Below are positions 27,257 through 37,474 of a DNA stretch of 64,000 nt, in pieces (position 1 is the first letter of the stretch; every line of letters begins with the position of its first letter). The stretch is from NCBI GenBank assembly GCA_003599335.1, contig QZJN01000014.1, forward strand, positions 1,432 to 65,431, given 5' to 3'. A program made the position numbers and the translations under genes. Source of the DNA: Candidatus Parcubacteria bacterium (GTDB lineage Bacteria; Patescibacteriota; Minisyncoccia; SURF-38). The notes under the pieces are model-generated. The model saw only the letters and a program-made list of their open reading frames with translations, was not told where the DNA came from and did no database searches.

Positions 27257-28484
27257 AAAAGTTTCGGCAAAAAAGCACGGCAAGAAGGCCTCTTCAAAGA
27301 GGCTTAGTTTAGCTGAACGAATAAGGGCTTATCGCAAAGGGAGAAAAGCGCCAAAGACCAAGGTTATAAAAACAAAGCCCAAAAAAGAAGAAAAACTCTC
27401 TCCCAAGGAACTTCGCAAAAACTTTGAAAAGGGAATGAAGGAGCTTTTGGAGAGAGGTCGCCAGAGGGGATTTGTTACCGATGTTGAGATACTTAAATTT
27501 TTGCCAAATGTTGAGCAAGATATAACTTTTCTTGAAGAATTTTATTCAAGGCTTGAAGAGGCAAACATAAAAGTTGTCCAGTCCAAAGGGCTTATTCAGG
27601 AAACGGAAAAGCAAGAGGCTCAAAGGGCCAGGGTTTTGGAGGATTCGGAAAGTATGGTGCCCGATTCCGTGCAGATGTATTTGCGTGAAATTGGAAAAGT
27701 TGCGCTGCTTAAAGCTCAAGAAGAAAAAGACTTGGCTAAAAGAATTGCCCAGGGAGATGAAGAAGCAAGACAAAAACTAACCCAGGCCAATTTGAGGCTT
27801 GTTGTTTCTATTGCCAAGCAATACGTTGGGAGGAGCCCTCATTTGAGCCTTTTGGATTTGATTCAAGAGGGAAATATCGGTTTGTTTAAAGCGGTTGAAA
27901 AATTTGATTACAAAAAGGGATTTAAGTTTTCAACTTATGCCACTTGGTGGATACGCCAAGCCATCACCCGCGCTTTGGCCGACCAAGCGCGCACCATACG
28001 CATTCCGGTGCATATGGTTGAAACCATAAGCAAATATTCCCAAGCCAAAAGAAAATTAGCACAAGATCTGGGCCGGGAACCATTGCCGGAAGAGATTGCT
28101 TCGGAAATGGGAGTTGAGGTTGAAAAGATACGACATATTCAAAAGATTTCTCAAGAGACGGTTTCTTTGGAAGCGCCGGTTGGCGAGGGAGATGAAGATT
28201 CTACCCTGGGAGAATTTGTTGAAGACGAAAAAGAACTTTTGCCATCTCAAATTGCAGCCAGAAGATTATTGGCCGATCAGATTAAGGGAGTGTTGATTGA
28301 TTTAACGCCAAGAGAACAAAAGATATTAAGAATGAGATTTGGATTGGATGATGGCATTACTCATACACTTGAGGAAGTCGGTAAGGAATTTGGCGTTACC
28401 CGTGAGAGAATCCGTCAGATTGAAGCCAAGGCGCTTGAAAAAATACGTCAGCACAGGCATTTGAGAAAATTGGAAGGATATTAG
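27216..28484 (+). CDS. rpoD: Primary sigma factor with a Lys-rich N-terminal extension
   Basis: [45 protein letters not shown]. Confidence 0.97.
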   Translation: MAQTKLKAKKKQAKKVSAKKHGKKASSKRLSLAERIRAYRKGRKAPKTKVIKTKPKKEEKLSPKELRKNFEKGMKELLERGRQRGFVTDVEILKFLPNVEQDITFLEEFYSRLEEANIKVVQSKGLIQETEKQEAQRARVLEDSESMVPDSVQMYLREIGKVALLKAQEEKDLAKRIAQGDEEARQKLTQANLRLVVSIAKQYVGRSPHLSLLDLIQEGNIGLFKAVEKFDYKKGFKFSTYATWWIRQAITRALADQARTIRIPVHMVETISKYSQAKRKLAQDLGREPLPEEIASEMGVEVEKIRHIQKISQETVSLEAPVGEGDEDSTLGEFVEDEKELLPSQIAARRLLADQIKGVLIDLTPREQKILRMRFGLDDGITHTLEEVGKEFGVTRERIRQIEAKALEKIRQHRHLRKLEGY

Positions 28485-28516
28485 GCCAGTATTTATTATT
28501 TTGTATTTACTATATA

Positions 28517-28552
28517 AAACTCCCCAGTTATTGCATAATAACTGGGGAGTTT
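28517..28552. terminator. Bidirectional terminator between convergent genes
   Basis: AAACTCCCCAGTTATT-gcat-AATAACTGGGGAGTTT. Confidence 0.8.
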
Positions 28553-28582
28553 AGGATTTTAATTACGTAATAAGGTGTGTAA

Positions 28583-29800
28583 TTATTTCGGTAAAACAAT
28601 ATATATCATTCCGCCTTTGTCATCGGAGACGAATAGTCTATCTTTACTATCAAACTTCAAATCAACCGGGCGGCTTATGGCGCGACCATCTTGAAGCCAT
28701 CCGGAAATAAAATCAATTGGAGTTTCGTTTTTTGGTCGATTATTTTCAATTTCGTATCGTACAACTTTATAGCCAACAGGCGCAGAGCTGTTCCAGGAAC
28801 CATGCCAAGCGACAAGCAAATCGCCGGCCAAATCGGTTGGCCAGCTTTGCGGCACGAATGTTAAGCCAAGAGGAGCAATGTGGGCAGGCATATCAACCAA
28901 GCTTGGCTTCTCGAAAGGCTCCATGCACGGGTTTCGGATATAAGTATTTTTATCAAATTGCGTGTCGTAAACATTTTTGCCATAGCAAATCGGCCAGCCG
29001 TAATTTCCGCCATCTTGAATTATATTTATTTCATCTGGCGGCAAGTTGTCTCCGAGCCAATCGCGGCCCATATCGGTTGCCCAGAATTCTTTACTTGTTG
29101 GATGCCAGACAAAAAAGACCGAATTGCGCAGACCCTTGGCATAAATTCTAGCACCTGAACCATCGGGGTTGGCCTGCATAATAGTTGCCCTTCGTTCATC
29201 GCGTTCAATACAAACATTACAGGTTGATCCTATGGAGATATAAAGTTTGTTGTCAGGCCCAAAACCGACCGTGCGCGTGAAATGGCCCCCGCCCGAGGGC
29301 AGGCTTAATATCTTTTGGTAATTTGAGAGTTTTAGATTGTCGGCGTCATATTCATAGCGGCCTAGTTCTCCGGTTCTTGCTATATATAAATACCAAGGGC
29401 ATTCTTGGCAACCAGGTTCCTGCCAAAAGGCAAGGCCATGAGGCTGGAGCATATTGGCCGCAAGGAGCACAGTCTCATCCGCCCGATTGTCATTATTTTT
29501 ATCTGGCAAGGCAACGACGGCGCCTTTGCCAGTTAGGCTTACGACGAGGGTCCCTTTTGGATCAAGGGCTATTACCCTTGGGCCATCAAGTCCTTGGGCA
29601 AAAAGACCAATTTTTAGGTTTGGATCCAAAGATAAAGGAAAATTTGGCAGTAAAAGGTTTTCGGAGATCTGAAAAGCCTTATCTGTTTGTGGCGGAGGAA
29701 ATATAATTGGTTTCAAGCCTTGCAAAACCTTTTCAGCCAAAAACCAACCGCCTAAAAGTAAAATTGCTATTGCTATTACCCAAATAAAACCCTTGTTCAT
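28583..29800 (-). CDS. PQQ-dependent sugar (glucose/sorbosone) dehydrogenase family protein
   Basis: GGHFTR, SIGSTCNVC, GLRNSV, DMGRD..PDEIN, NYGWP, HGSWN. Confidence 0.88.
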   Translation of the reverse strand: MNKGFIWVIAIAILLLGGWFLAEKVLQGLKPIIFPPPQTDKAFQISENLLLPNFPLSLDPNLKIGLFAQGLDGPRVIALDPKGTLVVSLTGKGAVVALPDKNNDNRADETVLLAANMLQPHGLAFWQEPGCQECPWYLYIARTGELGRYEYDADNLKLSNYQKILSLPSGGGHFTRTVGFGPDNKLYISIGSTCNVCIERDERRATIMQANPDGSGARIYAKGLRNSVFFVWHPTSKEFWATDMGRDWLGDNLPPDEINIIQDGGNYGWPICYGKNVYDTQFDKNTYIRNPCMEPFEKPSLVDMPAHIAPLGLTFVPQSWPTDLAGDLLVAWHGSWNSSAPVGYKVVRYEIENNRPKNETPIDFISGWLQDGRAISRPVDLKFDSKDRLFVSDDKGGMIYIVLPK

Positions 29801-30216
29801 TTTACGAACAAAAATATGCTTGTAAATAAGATAAGATAATTAATAACGGCGGAAAAAATACACCAAGAACAGAAGTTTTTAAGGACGCTGAACTGAATTA
29901 CCAGAAGATAACTTGAGGCTATGGCTGCTATTATTGCTATGAAAAGGACGGCCTCTGGGATTTTTGGGAAGTCTGACCCGGAAAGTTGCCAGGCGCTCAG
30001 GCTTATTAAAGCCAGATAAAATAATGTTCCGACAATTTCATTTTTTACTCCAAGGGTTTTACCCCACTGAGAGCCAACGACAGCTTCGCAATCTTGACCA
30101 AAAAGGCATGTCATCGGCCTTTGGTTTTTTATTTTTTGACGATATTGCCAATAAAGATAAGAAGCGTTAACGGCGCCTACTATGCTTAAAATCAAGATTG
30201 AAATATAATAAGTCAT
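29797..30216 (-). CDS. Vitamin K epoxide reductase (VKOR) family protein
   Basis: C..C loop (TCLFGQDCEAVVGSQW) and FCSWC. Confidence 0.85.
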   Translation of the reverse strand: MTYYISILILSIVGAVNASYLYWQYRQKIKNQRPMTCLFGQDCEAVVGSQWGKTLGVKNEIVGTLFYLALISLSAWQLSGSDFPKIPEAVLFIAIIAAIASSYLLVIQFSVLKNFCSWCIFSAVINYLILFTSIFLFVK

Positions 30217-30246
30217 ACGACCTTAGTGTAAGTTTTATTTCTTGAT

Positions 30247-30765
30247 ATGGCAAATATAAAAATTTGTTTTAAGAGGAGAGCTTTTTCGGGATTTACCATT
30301 ATTGAATTGATTGTAGTTATAGCGATTCTCGGCATTTTGGCCGCTATTATTATTCCAAGGTTAAGAGAAGCTCGGCTTGAAGCCCAGAAAGCCCAAGCAA
30401 TTTTAATGCTTAGTCAGATTCAACGAGCCATAGGATTTCTTGAAACAGATTCCGATCAATGGCCCGGGCATGTGGCGCCGGGAACAATTCAAAGCGGAGC
30501 AAGCGGTAATGAAATGTGGAATTTGAATGGGGATGAAGCGGGGCTGGTTTTGAGCGATGGGGCTTTTCCAAATTGGAAAGGACCCTATATTTCAAGCATA
30601 CCAAGAGACCCGTGGGGAAATCATTATTTTTTTGATACTGACTATGACATTGATCCTGGAGCGGGCCAGACTTGGGCTTCGGTTGTTGGTTCGTTTGGGC
30701 CAAATGGACAAGGACAAAACGTTTACGATAGCGATAATATAATTGTTGTATTTGCAGTAGAATAA
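30247..30765 (+). CDS. Type IV pilin / GspG-like pseudopilin
   Basis: Prepilin cleavage motif G|FTIIELIVVIAILGILAA; WKGPYI..PRDPWG. Confidence 0.9.
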   Translation: MANIKICFKRRAFSGFTIIELIVVIAILGILAAIIIPRLREARLEAQKAQAILMLSQIQRAIGFLETDSDQWPGHVAPGTIQSGASGNEMWNLNGDEAGLVLSDGAFPNWKGPYISSIPRDPWGNHYFFDTDYDIDPGAGQTWASVVGSFGPNGQGQNVYDSDNIIVVFAVE

Positions 30766-30767
30766 CG

Positions 30768-30797
30768 AAAACACCCGCCTGCAAGGCGGGTGTTTTT
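30768..30797. terminator. Bidirectional terminator
   Basis: AAAACACCCGCCT-gca-AGGCGGGTGTTTT. Confidence 0.8.
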
Positions 30798-30799
30798 GC

Positions 30800-31084
30800 T
30801 TAAGAAACATCTCGATGGGTTTCGTACATAAATGAGGCGTCTGGGTTGTGAGTTTTCAAAAGCTCTATTATTTTGCGAAAGATTTCGTTTGAATTGACCT
30901 CGTCCCTGTTTGAAATCCAGGAATTAATTTCCCACATTATTTTCTCGGCTATTTTTTCGGATTGTTCTTTGTTAAGGTGAGCGTTTAAACAGGCCGAATA
31001 GACAGAAGCATAGACTTTCTTTTCATCAAAAGGTTCCTTGTGGCCCTGACGTTTTACTATATGAGCAACTTCCATATCAGCCAA
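30800..31084 (-). CDS. Stand-alone ATP-cone domain protein
   Basis: IVKRQGHKEPFDEKKV. Confidence 0.8.
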   Translation of the reverse strand: MADMEVAHIVKRQGHKEPFDEKKVYASVYSACLNAHLNKEQSEKIAEKIMWEINSWISNRDEVNSNEIFRKIIELLKTHNPDASFMYETHRDVS

Positions 31085-31787
31085 AATTAATGGTGCCGTT
31101 GGCTATTAGTATTAAAAGCCAGGCCAGAGCAATAAGCAAGAGGCCGGTTGCTAGCCTCATTGTTCCTCTATTTGCTTGTTTCCACATCTTTATATCTTGC
31201 AGTTTTTTACCAGCAGCGACCATAAAGAGAATTATTATCAATGGCGATACAAATATAATGTTATAAAATACAAGCAGCATGAAGGCCGTAAAATCGAAGT
31301 ATTGGGAAAGGACAGTGATTATTGCAAGATAAGGAGCGCCGGTGCAGGGGAGTTCAACAGCCGAAACAAAAGCCCCCAAAAACGCAACTCCCCAAACGGT
31401 TGTTTTTGAAGCAAAGCCATGAAGCATTTTGGCAAATACGGGCGGGATCATTAAAGAAAAACCTTCCCCATACCAAAAGTAATCTTTTATTTCGATTAGG
31501 CCGGCGATAACTATCAAGACAGCGACTCCAATTGAAAGATATTCGGTTACCGCAAGGGGAATTTGAGAAAGGAAGTAAACAAGTCCAAGCCCGGCCGCAA
31601 GATAAACGGCAAGGATCGAGAGTATATAAACAGTCCCCAAAAACAGCATTCTTCGAATTGATTGCCCGCCAGCCAAAACAACCGAAAGCATCAAAATCAA
31701 AACGCCGATCGCGCATGGATTGATTGAGTCAATCGCCGCCGTTAAAAAAACTGTCAGTATTGTCGGTAATGAGGATTCAATTCCCAT
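31077..31787 (-). CDS. CcdA/DsbD-like transmembrane electron transporter (copy 1)
   Basis: DSINPCA and ELPCTGAPY Cys pair, multiple TM. Confidence 0.85.
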   Translation of the reverse strand: MGIESSLPTILTVFLTAAIDSINPCAIGVLILMLSVVLAGGQSIRRMLFLGTVYILSILAVYLAAGLGLVYFLSQIPLAVTEYLSIGVAVLIVIAGLIEIKDYFWYGEGFSLMIPPVFAKMLHGFASKTTVWGVAFLGAFVSAVELPCTGAPYLAIITVLSQYFDFTAFMLLVFYNIIFVSPLIIILFMVAAGKKLQDIKMWKQANRGTMRLATGLLLIALAWLLILIANGTINFG

Positions 31788-31789
31788 GG

Positions 31790-32635
31790 TTATTGATCCA
31801 TTTTTAGATCGCCTTTATCTAACTCAAGTTTATAGAAATTACAGATTTTATCTGTTTTATCTTTCTGTTTTGTATCAAATTCAAAAATTATACAATCTCC
31901 AGGAGGAATTCGGGCATACGGAGACAAGACGTATTCAGAAAAATTATCAATTTTTTTCTGAGTAACTAGGCCATCTCTTATTTGATAAACAAAAACATTC
32001 AAATTTGCAGGTTCGTTATTTGGGCACAAGTCTCCATTTCTTAAAATTTTCATCCCATCGTTTGTGGGTAAGAAGATTTCAACGAGATTCAATTTGCCTC
32101 CAATAACTTCAAAGAATTCGGCCAAATTTACATTGTGGGGTTCGAGGACAACTCCTTCAACATGAATTCTATTGTCGTTGTGTTCGTGTAAGACAGGCGT
32201 GCCGATGCGATTGGATAAACCCCGCGGATCTATAAGATTTATTTCTTCGTCGCAGGAAAAAATACGAAAATCGGCATGCCAATGAACAGGCCCCTTGCTT
32301 GATGATTTTGAGTTTAGATAAACAGTTGAGCCGGCCAGATAAAGCGTTGCAATTGAAGCCGAGAGAGCTATAAAAATAAAAGCGGTTTTCTTAAAGCCCT
32401 CGTTTTGGGATTTGTTTAGAAGGGCAATAATAACAAAAAAGGCGATTATAAGACTTGCATATAGAATTATTTTCCAAGAATTATCGGTGATTATTTCATC
32501 AAGGCGAGGACCATCTTCATGAGCAAGGGAAACAAAGGGCATTATCAAAACCAAAACAGCTATCCATGCGGACAGTGTTTTGGGCAATATTTTTTTTGTT
32601 GCAGGAATAGGTTTCTTAAACAAGATTTTTAGCAA
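31790..32635 (-). CDS. Membrane protein with a His-rich putative metal-binding extracellular domain (start uncertain)
   Basis: TM helices, then HWHADF..LHEH..IHVEG and several Cys. Confidence 0.65.
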   Translation of the reverse strand: MLKILFKKPIPATKKILPKTLSAWIAVLVLIMPFVSLAHEDGPRLDEIITDNSWKIILYASLIIAFFVIIALLNKSQNEGFKKTAFIFIALSASIATLYLAGSTVYLNSKSSSKGPVHWHADFRIFSCDEEINLIDPRGLSNRIGTPVLHEHNDNRIHVEGVVLEPHNVNLAEFFEVIGGKLNLVEIFLPTNDGMKILRNGDLCPNNEPANLNVFVYQIRDGLVTQKKIDNFSEYVLSPYARIPPGDCIIFEFDTKQKDKTDKICNFYKLELDKGDLKMDQ

Positions 32636-32808
32636 AATTCGCAGACGTTGTCTTTCTTTTGCTTGTGTTCTCCTTTAGACGGATCACCGCAGCATTTTTC
32701 GCAGCAAAAAGTACTTCCCTCAAGCATAAAATGTCCTTCTGATTTCTTTTTGTTTTTTCCGCACTTTGCGCAAGTATAAGTTTCTTGTCCCTGTGTTTTT
32801 TGTTCCAT
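32629..32808 (-). CDS. 59-aa Cys-rich, metallothionein-like protein (not in the ORF track)
   Basis: Hand translation MEQKTQGQETYTCAKCGKNKKKSEGHFMLEGSTFCCEKCCGDPSKGEHKQKKDNVCEFC. Confidence 0.7.
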   Translation of the reverse strand: MEQKTQGQETYTCAKCGKNKKKSEGHFMLEGSTFCCEKCCGDPSKGEHKQKKDNVCEFC

Positions 32809-32874
32809 TATTTTTTAGCTAATTATTAATTCAATATTGATTATAGCAATTACCATGGCTGTTGGGCAAACAAT

Positions 32875-35481
32875 TTATGTGGAGTTTTTTCTGAATCGCC
32901 ATTTAATTATTTCAATTATAATAACCTTTAAAAGGCTCAAACCTATCACCGCGAGCAGGCTCATTAGGGGTAGGGGGGCTGTTTTAAGGAGTGTATTTAA
33001 GGCCGGATGGTATATTGCTCCAAATACCATGAGTAAACCAAAGGCGACTGCGGCCAAAACGAAAGGGTTGTTGAATAATTTTGTTTTAGTGATTGGCTGG
33101 CGTAGGGATTTTATTGAAAATATGTAAAAGAGGATATTGATGCTCAAAACGGCAAAGATAAAGGTTTGCACATTGATCGTTGGTATATTTGTGAAAAAAT
33201 GTAGATACATGAATACTCCTCCTAAAATTAAGTCGGATATGATTCCGGCTATAAAAATCATCAACCAACCCTCTTTGTCTATAATCGGTTCGGAACGTTT
33301 TATTGGTTGTCGTTTCATTATGTCCGATTCTCCTTTTTCAAAGGCCAAAGAAAGGCTTGGTAGGGCGTCTTGGACAAGATTGGCCCATAATATTTGGGTT
33401 GCTGTAATTGGTAGGGGAGTTTTAAAGATGAGGGCAAGAAAAGAAAGAATCAGTTCCGTGAAAGAGGTTATCAATAAAAGTATTGTCACTTTTCTGATAT
33501 TATCAAAGGCTATTCTTCCGTGTTCTATGGCTGAAATTATAGTCGAAAAACTGTTGTCTAAAAGCACCAAGTCGGCGGCTTCTTTTGTTACATCTGTTGC
33601 CGATCCTACGGCGACTCCGATATCTGCCGCCCTTAAAGCCGGAGCGTCATTAATGCCATCGCCGGTCATGGCTACAGAGGCACCGTTTGCCTGCCAGGCC
33701 TGAATAATTCTCATTTTATGTTTGGGATTTACTCTTGCGAATATCTCTATACCTTTGATTTTTTGTTTTAAGTCTTCATCGGATAAGGCATCCAAGTCTT
33801 TTGCTTCCATAATAGATTCTGGGTTTCCGTTCAGGCCGAGCTCTTTACCGATTGCCTCGGCTGTTAAACGATGATCTCCGGTAACCATAACAACTCCAAG
33901 GCCGGCTTCTTTTGTTATTTTTATTGTTTCTTTAACATCTTCGCGTATTGGATCTCGGATTGCGGCAAGGCCTATAAAGGTTAAGTCTTTTATATAATCG
34001 TAAGGCTGCTCTTGGGATTCTAATATTTTTGGATCAGCCTGAATTTTTGCATGGGCGCATCCAATGACCCGATATCCGCTTTTTGCTAAAGATTCATAAA
34101 GATTTTCAAGTTCTGTTTTTTTATCCTCGGTTAAATTTAATACCCCGTTTTGATGCCAAGCACTTGAAGACAGGCCGAGCAAAATTTCCGGAGCCCCGCT
34201 TACAAAAACTTCGGTCGATTTTTTATCCTCACCCAAATTGAAAGAAGCCAGGTATTTTTTGGTCGGATCAAAAGGCAAAAAATTTATTCTTGGAGATTTT
34301 TCAAGCAATTCTTCAAGGCTACCTCCTTTGTTTACAAAAAATTCCATTTTTGCTTTATCGGTCGCATCGCCTTTTATTTGCCATTCATTATCGTGGCGTT
34401 CGGCGACGGCTTCGTTGGCCAGGGCGAGGATTTTCATGGCAAGTTCATCGGCATCATCGGTAAAGAGTTTTTCAAGCTTCATAATGCCTTCCGTAAGAGT
34501 GCCTGTTTTATCGGAACAAATTACGGTTGCCGAGCCGAGGGTTTCGGCCGCTAAAATATGTTTTACAAGACCCTTCTTTTTAAGGATGTGTTGCGAAGAG
34601 ACCGCCAAAACAACCGATAATGCGGCCGGCAGGCCCTCGGGGATGGCTGCAACAGCTACGGCAACGGCCAAGGTGAACATTTCGACAATATCTCTTGATT
34701 CAAGCAACCCGGAAACAAAAATCAAAAAAGCGGCTATACCAACAAAGGCCGTTAGGACCTTGCCGAGTCCAGCTATGCGTTGCTGGAGCGGGGTGATAAC
34801 CTCTTCGGCTTTTTGGGTTAGGTTTGCGATTTGACCAACCTCGGTTTTTGCTCCGGTTGATGTAACAATAACAATGGTTTCGCCCTCCTCAACGGTTGTT
34901 CCCATGAAGACCATATTGTTCTGATCGGCCAAAGGAGTTTCTTTTTCCGTGACGCCAACGATTTTTTTTACTGGAGTTGATTCTCCGGTGAGTATGGCCT
35001 CATTCATCCTTAAATGGCGCGTTTGGAATATTCTTCCATCGGCCGGAGCCTTCATTCCCGGTTTCAGGATGATTATATCTCCGGGCACAACCTCTTCAGC
35101 ATCAACCTCAAATGTTTTTTTATCTCTTATTATTCTGGCTTGAACTTTTACAATTTGACGCAGTTTTTCAAAAATATTTCCCGAACGATATTCCTGATAA
35201 AAACCGACCAAAGTGTTTACTATAACTGCCGCCAAAATAACACTTGTATCCGTGTATTCTTTGAGCCAAGCCGTCATACCGGCCGCCGCAAGCAATATTA
35301 TTACGAGCGGACTGTTAAATTGTTTCAAGAATAAAAGCCACCAAGGAATTTTTTTGCCCTGGGGCAGGGCATTCCGTCCGTATTTTAGAAGCCTTTCTTT
35401 TGCTTCTTTTTGAGTCAGACCGGTTTTGGGGTCTGTGTTGAGCTGTTTGATTGTTTCCTCAAGAGTAATATCGTGCCACAT
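32875..35481 (-). CDS. P-type (P2, Ca2+/cation) transporting ATPase
   Basis: LTGES, IPEGL, DKTGTLT, TGDH, GDGINDAP. Confidence 0.95.
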   Translation of the reverse strand: MWHDITLEETIKQLNTDPKTGLTQKEAKERLLKYGRNALPQGKKIPWWLLFLKQFNSPLVIILLAAAGMTAWLKEYTDTSVILAAVIVNTLVGFYQEYRSGNIFEKLRQIVKVQARIIRDKKTFEVDAEEVVPGDIIILKPGMKAPADGRIFQTRHLRMNEAILTGESTPVKKIVGVTEKETPLADQNNMVFMGTTVEEGETIVIVTSTGAKTEVGQIANLTQKAEEVITPLQQRIAGLGKVLTAFVGIAAFLIFVSGLLESRDIVEMFTLAVAVAVAAIPEGLPAALSVVLAVSSQHILKKKGLVKHILAAETLGSATVICSDKTGTLTEGIMKLEKLFTDDADELAMKILALANEAVAERHDNEWQIKGDATDKAKMEFFVNKGGSLEELLEKSPRINFLPFDPTKKYLASFNLGEDKKSTEVFVSGAPEILLGLSSSAWHQNGVLNLTEDKKTELENLYESLAKSGYRVIGCAHAKIQADPKILESQEQPYDYIKDLTFIGLAAIRDPIREDVKETIKITKEAGLGVVMVTGDHRLTAEAIGKELGLNGNPESIMEAKDLDALSDEDLKQKIKGIEIFARVNPKHKMRIIQAWQANGASVAMTGDGINDAPALRAADIGVAVGSATDVTKEAADLVLLDNSFSTIISAIEHGRIAFDNIRKVTILLLITSFTELILSFLALIFKTPLPITATQILWANLVQDALPSLSLAFEKGESDIMKRQPIKRSEPIIDKEGWLMIFIAGIISDLILGGVFMYLHFFTNIPTINVQTFIFAVLSINILFYIFSIKSLRQPITKTKLFNNPFVLAAVAFGLLMVFGAIYHPALNTLLKTAPLPLMSLLAVIGLSLLKVIIIEIIKWRFRKNST

Positions 35482-35632
35482 TCTGATTAGGAGTTAGGGT
35501 TTAGGAGATAGTATAAATTCACTTGAACTAATTATATCATAAAAACGCTTTTAATTCGGTTTGTTTTTCTATTGACAAAAGACTATTTCTATGATAGCTT
35601 AATAGCAGCACGCTCTGAGAAAGGAGACGCTT

Positions 35633-35929
35633 GTGATTGAGCAAAGTCTCGTGAACACCGTGGCGGACAAGGCCGAAGAATTTATCGGTCAAGGTATGAA
35701 AGAATCTGTGGCAATCTACAGGGCCATGGGTTATCGTTTCAACGATCAGCGCCGTCGTAAGCTGCTTTTCTGGAAAGTGAGCAGTGAACTTCGGCGACGC
35801 AAGCAAGAACGAGAAGGCAAGCGGCCAACAAAGCCCCTGGCCAAGTCTGAAAAGCGTCGTCTGGCACGGCTTGCCGCAGAGGCAGCTTCGGTCCAGGCTC
35901 TCCATCCACCGCCCGAATCTTCTTTGTAG
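35633..35929 (+). CDS. Small basic hypothetical protein, SD-led
   Basis: TTGACA(35572)-17-TAGCTT promoter, AAAGGAG SD, Arg/Lys-rich C-terminal half, GC-rich. Confidence 0.6.
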   Translation: MIEQSLVNTVADKAEEFIGQGMKESVAIYRAMGYRFNDQRRRKLLFWKVSSELRRRKQEREGKRPTKPLAKSEKRRLARLAAEAASVQALHPPPESSL

Positions 35930-35995
35930 TTTCAAGGAGATTCGGGCGGCTTGTTTTTGATCTTAAGATATTAGAGAAAATCAGAAGGAGGAAAG

Positions 35996-36244
35996 ATGTT
36001 TGAAAAGCCAATTTCGGCTCGTATCAAAAACCCACAGGATTTTCCCTGCGCCGAAATTGAGGTGTGGGGAGAGATCTTATATCCGGAAGGGACAAAGTTT
36101 TTCGTTTGCGTTTTTCCGGTTGGTGTATTCTACGGAACGCCAAATTACGCCGGGCGTTTCGTAGACGGTCCTTGCAAGGAGAGATATTTCATTTGTTTGC
36201 CGGCGGAGGCCGTTGAGTTTGTTGTCGGAGTTCCAGCTTCTTAG
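35996..36244 (+). CDS. Small hypothetical protein, SD-led
   Basis: AAGGAGG SD before ATG at 35996; hairpin after the stop. Confidence 0.6.
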   Translation: MFEKPISARIKNPQDFPCAEIEVWGEILYPEGTKFFVCVFPVGVFYGTPNYAGRFVDGPCKERYFICLPAEAVEFVVGVPAS

Positions 36245-36285
36245 CCCGGTTTGGGTAGTTGTTTATACCAGACCGGGCTCGTTTT

Positions 36286-36738
36286 TTATCCAAGCCACTT
36301 CGGAAAATTATTAAATTTTTGAGACAATTTTCCGTCCAGGCCCCAAATTCTACCGGCTTGCAGCGAGGCAAGAAGTGTCAGGACAAGAGAGTAAATAATA
36401 TGCTCATCCACCAAGTAAGAGTGCGTTCCAACTTTTGGGAATTCCAGAATCGGAATATAGTAAAGTAACATTAGGATTATTCCCAAAACCGAACTTAATC
36501 TTACAAAGATGCCAAATATCAAGGAAGTGCCAAGCAGCGTCAACCCCCACTCGTTGACAAAATTTATAAACGGCAAGACATCCGGGCTTGCCAGCCATTG
36601 ATATAAGCCAGGAAGTGTTTTTGCGCTGTTTAGATAACCGACCGCGCTCCAGGCTGGATTTATTACTTTTGTAATCCCGGCATAGAAAAACAACCAGCCC
36701 AAGGCGACCCTTAATAAGACCAGGAATTTTTGAGACAT
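36286..36738 (-). CDS. DoxX family membrane protein
   Basis: LLRVALGWLFFYAGITK, VDEHIIY, GRIWGLD. Confidence 0.85.
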   Translation of the reverse strand: MSQKFLVLLRVALGWLFFYAGITKVINPAWSAVGYLNSAKTLPGLYQWLASPDVLPFINFVNEWGLTLLGTSLIFGIFVRLSSVLGIILMLLYYIPILEFPKVGTHSYLVDEHIIYSLVLTLLASLQAGRIWGLDGKLSQKFNNFPKWLG

Positions 36739-36754
36739 TTTTAGAAGTTAATAA

Positions 36755-37474
36755 TTAGAATATCGGATTTAAGGAATAAATCATGTATAGTCCCAGGGCT
36801 ATCAGAAATATTCCAACACCTAAGCGCATAATACCCCTGTGTTCCTTGCGCCAAGTTTCAAGTCTATCTGAGGATGTTCCGAAATAAGCAATTCCGATTA
36901 TGATAAATAAAGGCAAAACAAAAACAAAATTATAAAGCAGCAAAAGCGGTACGGCTGAAGTATAGGCTCCTTTGGACAAAAGACCAAGAATTGCAAGATA
37001 AGGCGCTCCGGTGCAGGGGAGTTCGACAAGCACAACAAGGATGCCCAGTAGGGCGGTGGTTAGAATAAGCAACGCCGGATGACGTTTCTCCATTGCCTCT
37101 ATTTTGCTCGTGTAATATTTTATTCTCTCGGCTCCCCCGGGTATCATTTGCAAGGAAAAACCCTTTCCGTACCAGAAATAGTCTTTTATTTCGAAAAAGC
37201 CAGCCGCGATTGCAATGAGCGCCGCAATCCAGTAAAAAGTCGAGGCTATACCTACGTCAACCGTTATCTTCAGTATTCCAAAGCCGATGAGAAGATAGGT
37301 TATATAGACAACCAACGAGTATAGGAGGCCTCCAAGGACCATTCTCTTTCCGCTTTTGAATACGCGGGTCATGAATGCGATTAAGAATATCAAAACCCCG
37401 AAGACGCAGGGGTTGATACTATCGATGAGGGCTGCCGTTATGACCAGTCCTATTGTTAAACCTTCGGGAAACAT
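36755..37474 (-). CDS. CcdA/DsbD-like protein (copy 2)
   Basis: DSINPCV, ELPCTGAPY. Confidence 0.85.
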   Translation of the reverse strand: MFPEGLTIGLVITAALIDSINPCVFGVLIFLIAFMTRVFKSGKRMVLGGLLYSLVVYITYLLIGFGILKITVDVGIASTFYWIAALIAIAAGFFEIKDYFWYGKGFSLQMIPGGAERIKYYTSKIEAMEKRHPALLILTTALLGILVVLVELPCTGAPYLAILGLLSKGAYTSAVPLLLLYNFVFVLPLFIIIGIAYFGTSSDRLETWRKEHRGIMRLGVGIFLIALGLYMIYSLNPIF

